Below the pieces are notes generated by a model. That model did no database searches, had not been told where the DNA came from, and saw only the letters and a list, made by a program, of their open reading frames with translations. The translations under genes were made by a program, and so were the position numbers. A stretch of DNA of 64,000 nt from Antedon mediterranea (taxonomy: Eukaryota; Animalia; Echinodermata): positions 25,432,070 to 25,496,069 of the forward strand of contig NC_092671.1 in assembly GCF_964355755.1 (NCBI RefSeq), written 5' to 3'. Within the stretch, counting starts at the first letter, position 1; each line of letters starts with the position of its first letter. This document shows positions 41,174-53,088 of this stretch, in pieces.

Positions 41174-41745
41174 GAAAACTTATATAGCGCCGGTATCCTC
41201 CACCCATGTGGCGCTCATGGCGCTTTGTGCATTAACAACGTGCGAGAACATCAGCGAATAGCGACGTCTTTAGGTTGGTCTTGAAACTGTTTAGACTAGT
41301 TGAGCATTTAACTGTTGCTGGTAAGCTGTTCCATACACTTGCGACCGCAACGTAAAAAGATCTCTGACCCCACTGATTTTTCGCTCTACGCTCTTGAAGA
41401 AGGTTTTGTGACAATGATCGTAGGCCTCTGCGGGATGATTCGTAACGATCCACAAGGTCAGATAAATAAGCAGGAGCACTATCATTTAGGATCTTGAATA
41501 CAAACAACGCAAGTTTGTACTTAATACAATCTTATATCTTATATATAACCTTGAACATATTCATTCTCTACCTGTAAGAGTTGAGTCGTTTCTTTCTTGA
41601 ATTACAGGTGTATAGGTCGGCAAAATCGCGAGGAAGTATCTTTTTAAATTTTCAACTACTTCTGTAATTTCTTCTTTTCTTTCCTGAACAATTCGAAGTG
41701 CAGTTTGGTCCAGCAGGCTTTGAAGGGGTACTCTTGCCGAATCTT
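40420..41745 (-). pseudogene. Transib transposase pseudogene (RAG1-core-like DDE family)
   Basis: Collinear motifs VPLQSLLDQTALRI, SSRFCRPI, FTMIDKKV, RCYICGAT, PLHKWSRCFEMLIHIGYR, IGLKVDYPKQG, NDGNT, YKMPVSVH, IGVVSEEAQEARNKD and HAKKISR. Broken by stops, frameshifts, deletions and a LINE insertion. Confidence 0.9.
41131..41530 (-). mobile_element. 5'-truncated L2/CR1-group LINE fragment
   Basis: ORF2 C-terminus (APAYLSDL...LRS...GQRSF...WNSLP...FKTNLKT), a short 3' UTR and an (ATT)n tail at 41131-41171. Confidence 0.85.
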
Positions 41746-42136
41746 CTTTAAGAATTTATCGGTATTTTTGGGCTATATTTGGTGACTTTTAACCCCAAAA
41801 TAAAGCAATAATGAAAATTTTATTTTACTTCCTAATATGATTAATAACAGACAACAATTCCATGCAGTATGAAATCCATTGCTTTTTTCTAGAAAAAATA
41901 ACAGCGAATTTAACAAAACTGTTCTTTTTGCTCATTTTAAGTGAAATGTCATGGTTTCTTCCAGTTTCCATGGTTACAAGACACTATAAAATTTACAAAA
42001 TATAAATTTATTAGTGGATTTATATAATTTAAGATGTCTTCTTTCTAACCCAATATTAAAAATTTGGATTGCCACATTTACCAATTTGGACTTTTGGCAC
42101 ACTTTGAATTGATTCTGGCCCATTGTGCAACGGTGC

Positions 42137-45100
42137 GCTTACGTCCTTGCATTGTGTCCTAGCTAGTAGACCAAGCTTACGTCCTTGCATTGTGTCCTAG
42201 CTAGTAGACCAAGCTTACGTCCTTGCATTGTGTCCTAGCTAGTAGACCAAGCTTACGTCCTTGCATTGTGTCCTAGCTAGTAGACCAAGCTTACGTCCTT
42301 GCATTGTGTCCTAGCTAGTAGACGGTGCGCTTACGTCCTTGCATTGTGTCCTAGCTAGTAGACCAAGCTTACGTCCTTGCATTGTGTCCTAGCTAGTAGA
42401 CGGTGCGCTTACGTCCTTGCATTGTGTCCTAGCTAGTAGACCAAGCTTACGTCCTTGCATTGTGTCCTAGATAGTAGACCAAGCTTACGTCCTTGCATTG
42501 TGTCCTAGCTAGTAGACCAAGCTTACGTCCTTGCATTGTGTCCTAGCTAGTAGACCAAGCTTACGTCCTTGCATTGTGTCCTAGCTAGTAGACCAAGCTT
42601 ACGTCCTTGCATTGTGTCCTAGCTAGTAGACCAAGCTTACGTCCTTGCATTGTGTCCTAGCTAGTAGACCAAGCTTACGTCCTTGCATTGTGTCCTAGCT
42701 AGTAGACCAAGCTTACGTCCTTGCATTGTGTCCTAGCTAGTAGACCAAGCTTACGTCCTTGCATTGTGTCCTAGCTAGTAGACCAAGCTTACGTCCTTGC
42801 ATTGTGTCCTAGCTAGTAGACCAAGCTTACGTCTTTGCATTGTGTCCTAGCTAGTAGACCAAGCTTACGTCCTTGCATTGTGTCCTAGCTAGTAGACCAA
42901 GCTTACGTCCTTGCATTGTGTCCTAGCTAGTAGACCAAGCTTACGTCCTTGCATTGTGTCCTAGCTAGTAGACCAAGCTTACGTCCTTGCATTGTGTCCT
43001 AGCTAGTAGACCAAGCTTACGTCCTTGCATTGTGTCCTAGCTAGTAGACCAAGCTTACGTCCTTGCATTGTGTCCTAGCTAGTAGACCAAGCTTACGTCC
43101 TTGCATTGTGTCCTAGCTAGTAGACCAAGCTTACGTCCTTGCATTGTGTCCTAGCTAGTAGACCAAGCTTACGTCCTTGCATTGTGTCCTAGCTAGTAGA
43201 CCAAGCTTACGTCCTTGCATTGTGTCCTAGCTAGTAGACCAAGCTTACGTCCTTGCATTGTGTCCTAGCTAGTAGACCAAGCTTACGTCCTTGCATTGTG
43301 TCCTAGCTAGTAGACCAAGCTTACGTCCTTGCATTGTGTCCTAGCTAGTAGACCAAGCTTACGTCCTTGCATTGTGTCCTAGCTAGTAGACCAAGCTTAC
43401 GTCCTAGCATTGTGTCCTAGCTAGTAGACCAAGCTTACGTCCTTGCATTGTGTCCTAGCTAGTAGACCAAGCTTACGTCCTAGCATTGTGTCCTAGCTAG
43501 TAGACCAAGCTTACGTCCTTGCATTGTGTCCTAGCTAGTAGACCAAGCTTACGTCCTTGCATTGTGTCCTAGCTAGTAGACCTAGCTTACGTCCTTGCAT
43601 TGTGTCCTAGCTAGTAGACCAAGCTTACGTCCTTGCATTGTGTCCTAGCTAGTAGACCAAGCTTACGTCCTTGCATTGTGTCCTAGCTAGTAGACCAAGC
43701 TTACGTCCTTGCATTGTGTCCTAGCTAGTAGACCAAGCTTACGTCCTTGCATTGTGTCCTAGCTAGTAGACCAAGCTTACGTCCTTGCATTGTGTCCTAG
43801 CTAGTAGACCAAGCTTACGTCCTTGCATTGTGTCCTAGCTAGTAGACCAAGCTTACGTCCTTGCATTGTGTCCTAGCTAGTAGACCAAGCTTACGTCCTT
43901 GCATTGTGTCCTAGCTAGTAGACCAAGCTTACGTCCTTGCATTGTGTCCTAGCTAGTAGACCAAGCTTACGTCCTTGCATTGTGTCCTAGCTAGTAGACC
44001 AAGCTTACGTCCTTGCATTGTGTCCTAGCTAGTAGACCAAGCTTACGTCCTTGCATTGTGTCCTAGCTAGTAGACCAAGCTTACGTCCTTGCATTGTGTC
44101 CTAGCTAGTAGACCAAGCTTACGTCCTTGCATTGTGTCCTAGCTAGTAGACCTAGCTTACGTCCTTGCATTGTGTCCTAGCTAGTAGACCAAGCTTACGT
44201 CCTTGCATTGTGTCCTAGCTAGTAGACCAAGCTTACGTCCTTGCATTGTGTCCTAGCTAGTAGACCAAGCTTACGTCCTTGCATTGTGTCCTAGATAGTA
44301 GACCAAGCTTACGTCCTTGCATTGTGTCCTAGCTAGTAGACCAAGCTTACGTCCTTGCATTGTGTCCTAGCTAGTAGACCAAGCTTACGTCCTTGCATTG
44401 TGTCCTAGCTAGTAGACCAAGCTTACGTCCTTGCATTGTGTCCTAGCTAGTAGACCAAGCTTACGTCCTTGCATTGTGTCCTAGCTAGTAGACCAAGCTT
44501 ACGTCCTTGCATTGTGTCCTAGCTAGTAGACCAAGCTTACGTCCTTGCATTGTGTCCTAGCTAGTAGACCAAGCTTACGTCCTTGCATTGTGTCCTAGCT
44601 AGTAGACCAAGCTTACGTCCTTGCATTGTGTCCTAGCTAGTAGACCAAGCTTACGTCCTTGCATTGTGTCCTAGCTAGTAGACCAAGCTTACGTCCTTGC
44701 ATTGTGTCCTAGCTAGTAGACCAAGCTTACGTCCTTGCATTGTGTCCTAGCTAGTAGACCAAGCTTACGTCCTAGCATTGTGTCCTAGCTAGTAGACCAA
44801 GCTTACGTCCTTGCATTGTGTCCTAGCTAGTAGACCAAGCTTACGTCCTTGCATTGTGTCCTAGCTAGTAGACCAAGCTTACGTCCTTGCCTTGTGTCCT
44901 AGCTAGTAGACCAAGCTTACGTCCTTGCATTGTGTCCTAGCTAGTAGACCAAGCTTACGTCCTTGCATTGTGTCCTAGCTAGTAGACCAAGCTTACGTCC
45001 TTGCATTGTGTCCTAGCTAGTAGACCAAGCTTACGTCCTTGCATTGTGTCCTAGCTAGTAGACCAAGCTTACGTCCTTGCATTGTGTCCTAGCTAGTAGA

Positions 45101-45603
45101 CCAAGCTTACGTCCTTGCATTGTGTCCTAGCTAGTAGACCAAGCTTACGTCCTTGCATTGTGTCCTAGCTAGTAGACCAAGCTTACGTCCTTGCATTGTG
45201 TCCTAGCTAGTAGACCAAGCTTACGTCCTAGCATTGTGTCCTAGCTAGTAGACCAAGCTTACGTCCTTGCATTGTGTCCTAGCTAGTAGACCAAGCTTAC
45301 GTCCTTGCATTGTGTCCTAGCTAGTAGACCAAGCTTACGTCCTTGCATTGTGTCCTAGCTAGTAGACCAAGCTTACGTCCTTGCATTGTGTCCTAGCTAG
45401 TAGACCAAGCTTACGTCCTTGCATTGTGTCCTAGCTAGTAGACCAAGCTTACGTCCTAGCATTGTGTCCTAGCTAGTAGACCAAGCTTACGTCCTTGCAT
45501 TGTGTCCTAGCTAGTAGGCGGTGCGCTTACGTCCTTGCATTGTGTCCTAGCTAGTAGACCAAGCTTACGTCCTTGCATTGTGTCCTAGCTAGTAGACCAA
45601 GCT
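42137..45603. repeat. 38-bp tandem satellite, about 91 copies
   Basis: gcttacgtccttgcattgtgtcctagctagtagaccaa repeated nearly perfectly, with a few 40-bp cggtgc variants. Confidence 0.97.
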
Positions 45604-46828
45604 TTAGTTTTTTAAGTTGCGTCTACCTCTAGGTTGTCGAAATTCATGTTGAGGGGCGATTTCAAACTTTTATTATATAATAATTATTATTATAATTATA
45701 TTATTATTATTATAATATAAATAATTATATAACTGCTACTTGTAATTATGATAAAAGTAGGTCGATTAGTACCAGTTCAAAGGATACTGTACTTATCACG
45801 AATAATTAAACCGGCAATCACATTTAGAAAAACAATTCAAGTATGACTGCCCTCTTATAATTATCCAATTTCACTTACAAAACCAAATAGCTTGCGTTTT
45901 CGGCTTATCCGCACTCCTGATTCGCCGTTACGCACACTCCAACATCTTTACTGAATGCATTTCTCATTAAAACTATTATGTACCAGTTATGAAAAATACT
46001 ACAAACAAAGGCAATTATGCTTTGCGCTACAAACTGACTATCAACAAGTAGTATGTAAATTAGTAAATTGAGAGATATTGATACTGAACGTTATGCCAAT
46101 TAGAGTTGGCGATCAATAAAGAAATGCTGCTATTATATTGTTCGCATGATAAGTACGATCCAATTTTGTCCAACTCGATTTCTATTTGCATGCATTGTTA
46201 CTTGTGTTATATGCAGTAAAATGGTTTGGCAGTTCCTAATGAACTCCTAAAACTCTTAGGTCTAGTATTCGTCATCATTCACTTATCGATTAGGCTTCAC
46301 GGGCAATTCAGCCGGTCGCATCCTGTAGCAATCTTCTATTGTTCATTGCTACTTGAGCGATTTCTAATTTCAAATCTTCATACGGGTCTTGTAGCTGAAC
46401 TAATGAATATTCATAATATATATTCTTCTTTTGTGTTTGTTGTGAAGGGTTGGTATGGCATGGTATTCGATTGACGATGTATCGAGCGATGTTTCTTTCA
46501 ACACTGACGTAAATATGTTTGTCTTCTCCTAGTCGAGTGTGAACGCTAAGAAGACCAACGTAACAACACGCGAGAAAAATATTCACATTTTATTTTAGAT
46601 TATACTGTTGGATATAACTGTTAGGTAATTAAAGTATATCATTTTGTTGTTCCATTGAATTGAATAATGGCGGTTTATTGCTACGGATAAGTTCAACTGT
46701 TTGCTTATAAACTAAGACGAATATCTCATCTACATTTTTCAAACAGAGCACGTATATATTGATAGAAATAACCAACGCTGGCATATGCACGAAACTATTT
46801 TTCCTGCGGAGCAGACGACGAATCTAAA

Positions 46829-47701
46829 ATGGGAAGCGGTTCATCAAAGAAAATGAAACAAATTGAAAAAGAGGAGAAGGAGAGAGCAGATATAAAAAAA
46901 AAGAAAAATGGCGATGATGGAAGTGATGAAGAAGAAGAGGTGATTGATGAAAAAACTGGAAAGAAGAAAAAGAAGAAAAAGGAGAAAACTTATTTAATAA
47001 AAACTCTTACTGGACACCAGAAAGGAATAAATTGCATGGGTGTAAGCGATGATAAAAAATATGTTATTACCGGTAGTGAGGACCACACAGCCCGAGTGTG
47101 GTCAGTAGAACAAGTTAAGCTTCATCACACACTTAAAGGACATAAAGCTTATGTTACATGTTGTCAAATTTTAGAAGGAAGTGCGTATACAGGTAGTGCC
47201 GATAAGACAGTGCGAAAATGGTCAGTAAAATCGGGCGAATGTCAAGTGGTTATTGAGGGTCATGGTGCCCCTATAAATCGTCTCATATGTACAGGGGATT
47301 TTCTATTCACAAGTTCGTACGACAGAACGGCGATGTGTTGGGACCCGGACGATGGTGAACTGTTGCACATTTTCCGAGGTCATCGCAGAGGTGTTACTCC
47401 CATGATGTACATTCCCGCCGAAGATGCCCTTAATGATGACGTTGTGGACATCGAAAGTAACAAAGACATTTTGATCACTGGGGCAGCTGACGGCCTAGCC
47501 AAATCGTGGAGCATGGACTCTGGAGATTGTTTGGCTACATTCAAAGGTCATAAAGGAGCAGTATTGTGTTTAAATTCTGACCCAGCTGGTTCAGTATTGT
47601 ATACTGGAAGCACGGATTATACAATAAAAAGTTGGAATATCCACACTGGTGAGATATACAAAACATTCGAGGGGCACCAAGGATCTGTACTATGCATACA
47701 G
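46829..47701 (+). CDS. WDR86: WD repeat-containing protein 86-like, coding exon 1
   Basis: WD40 repeats collinear with WDR86 as recalled (TGSEDHTARVWS, GHKAYVT, TSSYDRTA, GHKGAVLCL, TGSTD). Donor CAG|gtaatc. Confidence 0.88.
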
Positions 47702-50619
47702 GTAATCTAATTTTTGCAGTCTCTTCTATATGAATACACCGAGACATAACAAGTTTAAGAAATTGTTATAATGACATCGTTCATCATCAACTATTATCAT
47801 GATTACTTAATACACCGTCATTTGTTTGCTTACAGATGTTCTCTTCACAAAAAAAATTAGTATACATATCATGTTGCTTTTATAATTTCATTTTTCTTCT
47901 TCAAACGTCCGCGTTTTCATTGCTATAACTACAATTGTTTAAAATAAGAGATTTTCCATTATATGCATTATTGTTTTCACAACCATAAAATTATTGATGT
48001 TTGACAAATGTTTGGTTAATTGTTGTCTATGTATTATTCATTGTACTGCATTATATCAAACATATTAACCACCTTGTTTGGATACAGTTTGGTTAGATTC
48101 GAGCCCAAGTAAGCAGCGAGTACTGCACCAACATGATGATAATTGTACCTTTGCGTCAGGAAGCCATCAGCGAGTCTCACCACCAGAGAATTACTTACTT
48201 ACTTACGATTTGTCGGAAGTGTTCTAAGTAGAACACGTCAGAGTATGGCAAACATCTGGCCAACTCCCTGACGAAGCTAATCCACAGTAGTTAAATACAA
48301 TTTAATGCCAATTTACGCAGATACAAGCGATATCGGTTAAGCGGAAAAAGCGTAACTTGTCTCGCATTAAATCTGTATTTATCCTGAGTGAGTTTGTTTT
48401 CGCCCGTCCGCTCTGCGTTTTGTCTAAATGATCATTAGAAATTACATAGATTCTTGGTTTTTAGTCGCGTGCAAACGCGACTCTATAGCTTACAATGTCG
48501 GTCGGTTGGTTGGTCGCTCGGTCGGTCGGTCGGTATTCGGTCGGTCGGTAAACACTCAAGTTTGCGCACACGATTGCAGCCATGTATGGCCTTGTTCTTT
48601 TTCCGCTTATCGCTCGTCTGTGTAAATTGGCCTTATAATGTGGCAATGCTTTTATTCCGGTATCGGTCTACTTCGTTTTTGTATAGGCGTCTCTTCTACA
48701 AACAATGTTTTAAATATAATTTCGAGTTTGAATCAGATGTTGACATTCTCCGTAATGATTAATTCTGGATTTCCTATTTGAGTGGTTTTTAGACAACAGT
48801 ATTCTGATCTCAAATAATGTAATTTAGATCTCTCCTATTGTTGACCTTTTATCCTTTTTGTTATGTAAAAAGTAAATTGATGCGCAATATGAATGGAATA
48901 TTTGCAGTTTGTAATACACCCGGCTAAAAAAAAGAGAAAAATATAGCATGAATAACGGTGTATGCCAAAAATGTCTTTTTATGTTAATATAAACACAAAT
49001 GTTTTCGTTTTTCAGTTTCAGTTTATTCTCCATTTAAAATAGGCCTATATGTGACATAGAGATATAAAACAAAGTAGTGGAAGGAGATTTAGAAAAGCAA
49101 TACTCATACAAACTTTGTTGCCACCTATAAACACAAAGTAATTATACTGTAACTAAAAGTGTAACATATCGTGAAATATATAGGCCTAATTGGCCAATTT
49201 CCTCTTGTAAAGGCCTAGACACAAACCGGAATATCACGGTGGATATCAACAGAAGTAACATATAATTCAAATTTAAAGAAAACCGAAACCACTTAATATT
49301 ATTAATTTTATATTTAGTTGTTTGTTTAGGATCACATAATTCATTAAGGTAATTGCAACATCACATAGAAACTACCGAGCAAATTGTAAATATAATTTGC
49401 AGTATCAAACTAGCAAATGAAATTAGAAAAATGTTCATTTTTATAATTAATTTAAAACTATGAATAGGAAGAAATTGATAGATTTGAGCAGATATTTTGT
49501 TTCATCTATTTATTTGACCAGAATAATACAATACCATATATCATGAAACATATACAAAATTGAAATCAGATTCAGTTTAAGTGAGTTTGAATATTTGTAT
49601 ATTATTATCAAATTAGAAACATCTTGTTATTTCTAAAGATTGCTAAACGTTAACAATCTTATTATAAGGAACTATTTGAAAAACCGGTTGTGGTAGAGTA
49701 ACAATCGTTTTAATATTAAAAATCACATGCGCATAATTTACATATTTTTGACCTCCGCTACAACGTTGAACCGCAATTACCGACTTTAAAAAAATGACAA
49801 TTTTGTAAATACCATTCGATCTTAAACATTAGCTTGGGTGGGAGGAAATGTTTATATATAAATATGCCACTCGTTACCTTTACCAAACCTGTCAAATAAT
49901 ATGCAAATTAGATTACTTTAATAGCTATCCACCAATATGCAAATGCTATCAAAGTACCTGATGGACACAGTACATCATCCCATGAAGTTTACCAATAAAT
50001 AAAGAGAATTATGAGTGGCTACTACGGATTACAATAGTCATAGACGGCTTTCGAAAATCCTTCAGAACAAAAAGCTGCCGTGTAACCATTGAATAGAATC
50101 TTTACCGTGCAATAGAACTAATACCGAGCGGTGTACATTCAGGTGTGTTATAAAGAAACATAATGTGGTGTGCTGTGCTTGTCTGTATTGTCACAACCAG
50201 ATCATTCTTAATGTCGTTGATAACGAAGGCCATTAAATCCATTAAACAATTATGTTGTCTGGAGAAAGACACAGCTATATTCTTAATCTGTATTGTTCAA
50301 TCATATTACATCTTTATATTATATTAGTTTATCTTGTGCATTTATTTACTTTTACAAATCCACAATTTATTACAGAAACACTTGGCGAGTAATTTCCTCA
50401 AAACATTGTTTCAGTTTATTCTCAGCATATACTGTTATAAAAAATAATACTATAACCAATTAGGAATTCTAATGTCATATAAGTGGATCCAAAGACTACA
50501 ACGTTGTGACATTCACTATTAGTTTCAAGTACTTTGAACACTTTTCATCATCATAATCTATTACGCTATTTGTCTTTGGTAGACAATACGTTTGCTAAGC
50601 ATGTCCATGCTTTTCTTTC

Positions 50620-50900
50620 TGCTCAAATCTATCAATTTCTTCCTATTCATAGATTTAAATCAATTAAAAACGAACATTTTTCTAATTTCATTTGCTAGTT
50701 TGATATTGCAAATTATATTTACATTTAGATCTTGGTTTATGTTTCCTATCCAAATAGTTATAGTTGGTCTGCCAACTGGTCTTTTAGCTTTCCGTACAAA
50801 TTTGAGCTAGTTTCTCCGAAGTATCCATCAGAAGTCTTAGTAGGCCTATGTGTCCTTCTCTTCATTTTAGTTTGTTCGTTCGTTAAGAACAAGCTTTTTA
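50620..50900 (-). mobile_element. Degenerate RTE-like LINE 3' fragment
   Basis: Minus strand encodes a KRPVGRP-like remnant. About 90 bp recur in inverted orientation at about 49400-49492. Confidence 0.35.
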
Positions 50901-51917
50901 TGTATTTAACAATTTTGTCATTTTTTAAACTTTTTGTATTTAATATTTAGTTTAATAATTAATTAATTAGTTAATAGTTAATTTAGTAACTCGCCGATTA
51001 CAGAATGGATAACAGCTATTATATAATAATTCACCTGGCGGCCCTGGCACTAGTGTATGTCAGGATTGAACCTAAGCTAAGCTCCACTGCACGTTTATTG
51101 TAAATGCCATAATTAACTATTACTATTATTATCAAGTGCTTTTTGGACACTTTTACGATCCTGTTTTTACTTTAATTTATATTTATATTATACACCGTAT
51201 TGATAACCATGTTGTATGTGCTATAACAATGAACTATTATACAGAATATTGCGGTTGCTAGTGGTGTGTTTAACAGCTTTGTAACGTTCAAATTATTATT
51301 GAACATACCATGGCCATCACGACCGGTGATAATTGTATTGATCACAACCTAATTAGAATTTAAAAGGACAATGAAATTTTCATAATCATTATGATATTTG
51401 TTGATAGAAAATATATTCACTATGGAAACTTTTGTCTGTTTGTATATTTATCATGTTTCAATTTGATCGTTAAACAATTGGTAGGAAACGCATGCATAAT
51501 TAACTACACGATCGATTTCGATCTATGCTGAAAATGTGAATATATATAAATATATAATCAATAACGTCTCTGCGTTTACGAAATGGTCTTCATAAACGCT
51601 AATGTGTGAGTTGGTTTTCGCAGTGAGAGGTTTTTATGTATTGGGGAAATCTTGTTTACTCATGGGTCCTATGGGTTAAAACTATAATGTACGTTAACTT
51701 CTTTACACCTCATACTACCATCTAACCCAAAAAAAGATATAAAATTACTTTGCATGACGATAAACAATGTCTTCTATCAATTAAAGGCCGTAATTTAATC
51801 GACCAGGAGGGTTGACCATGTTTGCTCTCGTAGGAAAAGCATATAATAATAATAATAAGTCACAAATTGGGTTGAAGACGTACAGCAATCTATGGGGCAC
51901 CTTTCTGGTATGCTTAA

Positions 51918-52501
51918 AGCTCAGATACAGGCATGAATTTTAAATATAATACCTCGTTAATTGTACATAAATCAAATATTTGTAACAAAAATCAAGACGA
52001 AAAACATGAATTTCCTTTAATATGGTCAAATACAACATTTGGAAAAATTCTGATATAAAAACCAGGAAGACCTTTTTTCAGTAGTTAGCTAGTTTAACCT
52101 AATGTAATAACATGTCTGGTGACTCCCTAGAAGGTGAAAAAAGATGGCGGATATACGGTGGATACTGTTTGCTATAGCATGAAAATAAAAATTTGAAGTT
52201 GAATAAAAATACCATAAATGTAAAATTCAAGTTATTTTACCTATATTTAGTCATCTGATAAAATTTGTTATCACACCGTTTATTTGTCATAGCTTTTTAA
52301 AATGCCACTCTATTTACAAAATTTGTATAGGGATTTTACTGTGTAATTTGAACTATCCCCGCACTGATGAGAAAGTGCTTATTTTCAACAAGCTCATGTA
52401 ACAGAAATAAAATCCCCAAAATTATGAAACATAGGGGAAACTATAGATCGATAATGATTGGAATCTGTGATCAATAGAAATTTTTTGCCCGCATCTGGCC
52501 T
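51918..52501. mobile_element. TTAA-flanked MITE (Kolobok-like)
   Basis: TTAA|AGCTCAGATACAGGCA ... TGCCCGCATCTGGCCT|TTAA. Confidence 0.55.
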
Positions 52502-52773
52502 TTAAATGTCAATTTACAGATGAGCGGTAACTATAAGCGGAAACCGCGTGATTGTCCCACGTAAAATCTATCATAAACGGTTTCCCGCTTAACCGTCCGT
52601 CCGGCCAGTGTGTAAATGGTCATAACAAATAACATAGATTAATTTTAATTCGCTTACCGTTACCACTCTGCTGTGTAAATTGAAATGTGGTTGATAGAGA
52701 AATGCTGTTACAGCACAACAAACATAAACTTTTGTTTAATGTTGTAGACCCACAACCACAAATGTTCAATACA

Positions 52774-53088
52774 GACGACGATTCTACCCACAAAGACGAC
52801 GATTCTACCCACAAAGACGACGATTCTACCCACAAAGACGACGATTCTACCCACAAAGACGACGATTCTACCCACAAAGACGACGATTCTACCCACAAAG
52901 ACGACGATTCTACCCACAAAGACGACGATTCTACCCACAAATACGACGATTCTACCCACAAAGACGACGATTCTACCCACAAAGACGACGATTCTACCCA
53001 CAAAGACGACGATTCTACCCACAAAGACGACGATTCTACCCACAAAGACGACGATTCTACCCACAAAGACGACGATTCTACCCACAAA
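52774..53088. repeat. 21-bp minisatellite, 15 copies, intronic
   Basis: gacgacgattctacccacaaa repeated 15 times. Confidence 0.95.

Larger units (their letters stand above)
33300..42127 (-). mobile_element. Decayed Transib DNA transposon with both TIRs
   Basis: TIRs at 33300-33338 and 42089-42127 are 33/39 identical and start CA(A/C)A(G/A)TG. They enclose Transib transposase remnants. The 5-bp flanks are TAACA and CAACG. Confidence 0.85.
33210..45603. mobile_element. PIF/Harbinger-type MITE, split by nested insertions, with TTA target-site duplication
   Basis: Left end TTA|AGCTTTGCTTCCACTAGGGCGCAATGCAAG. Right end CTTGCATTGTGTCCTAGCTAGTAGACCAAGCT|TTA. An uninterrupted relative lies at 61935-62150. 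Confidence 0.65.

Noticed and set aside
42137-45603. 38-bp array as a CRISPR array
   Set aside because: Units are directly adjacent with no unique spacers, there are no cas genes, and the context is eukaryotic.
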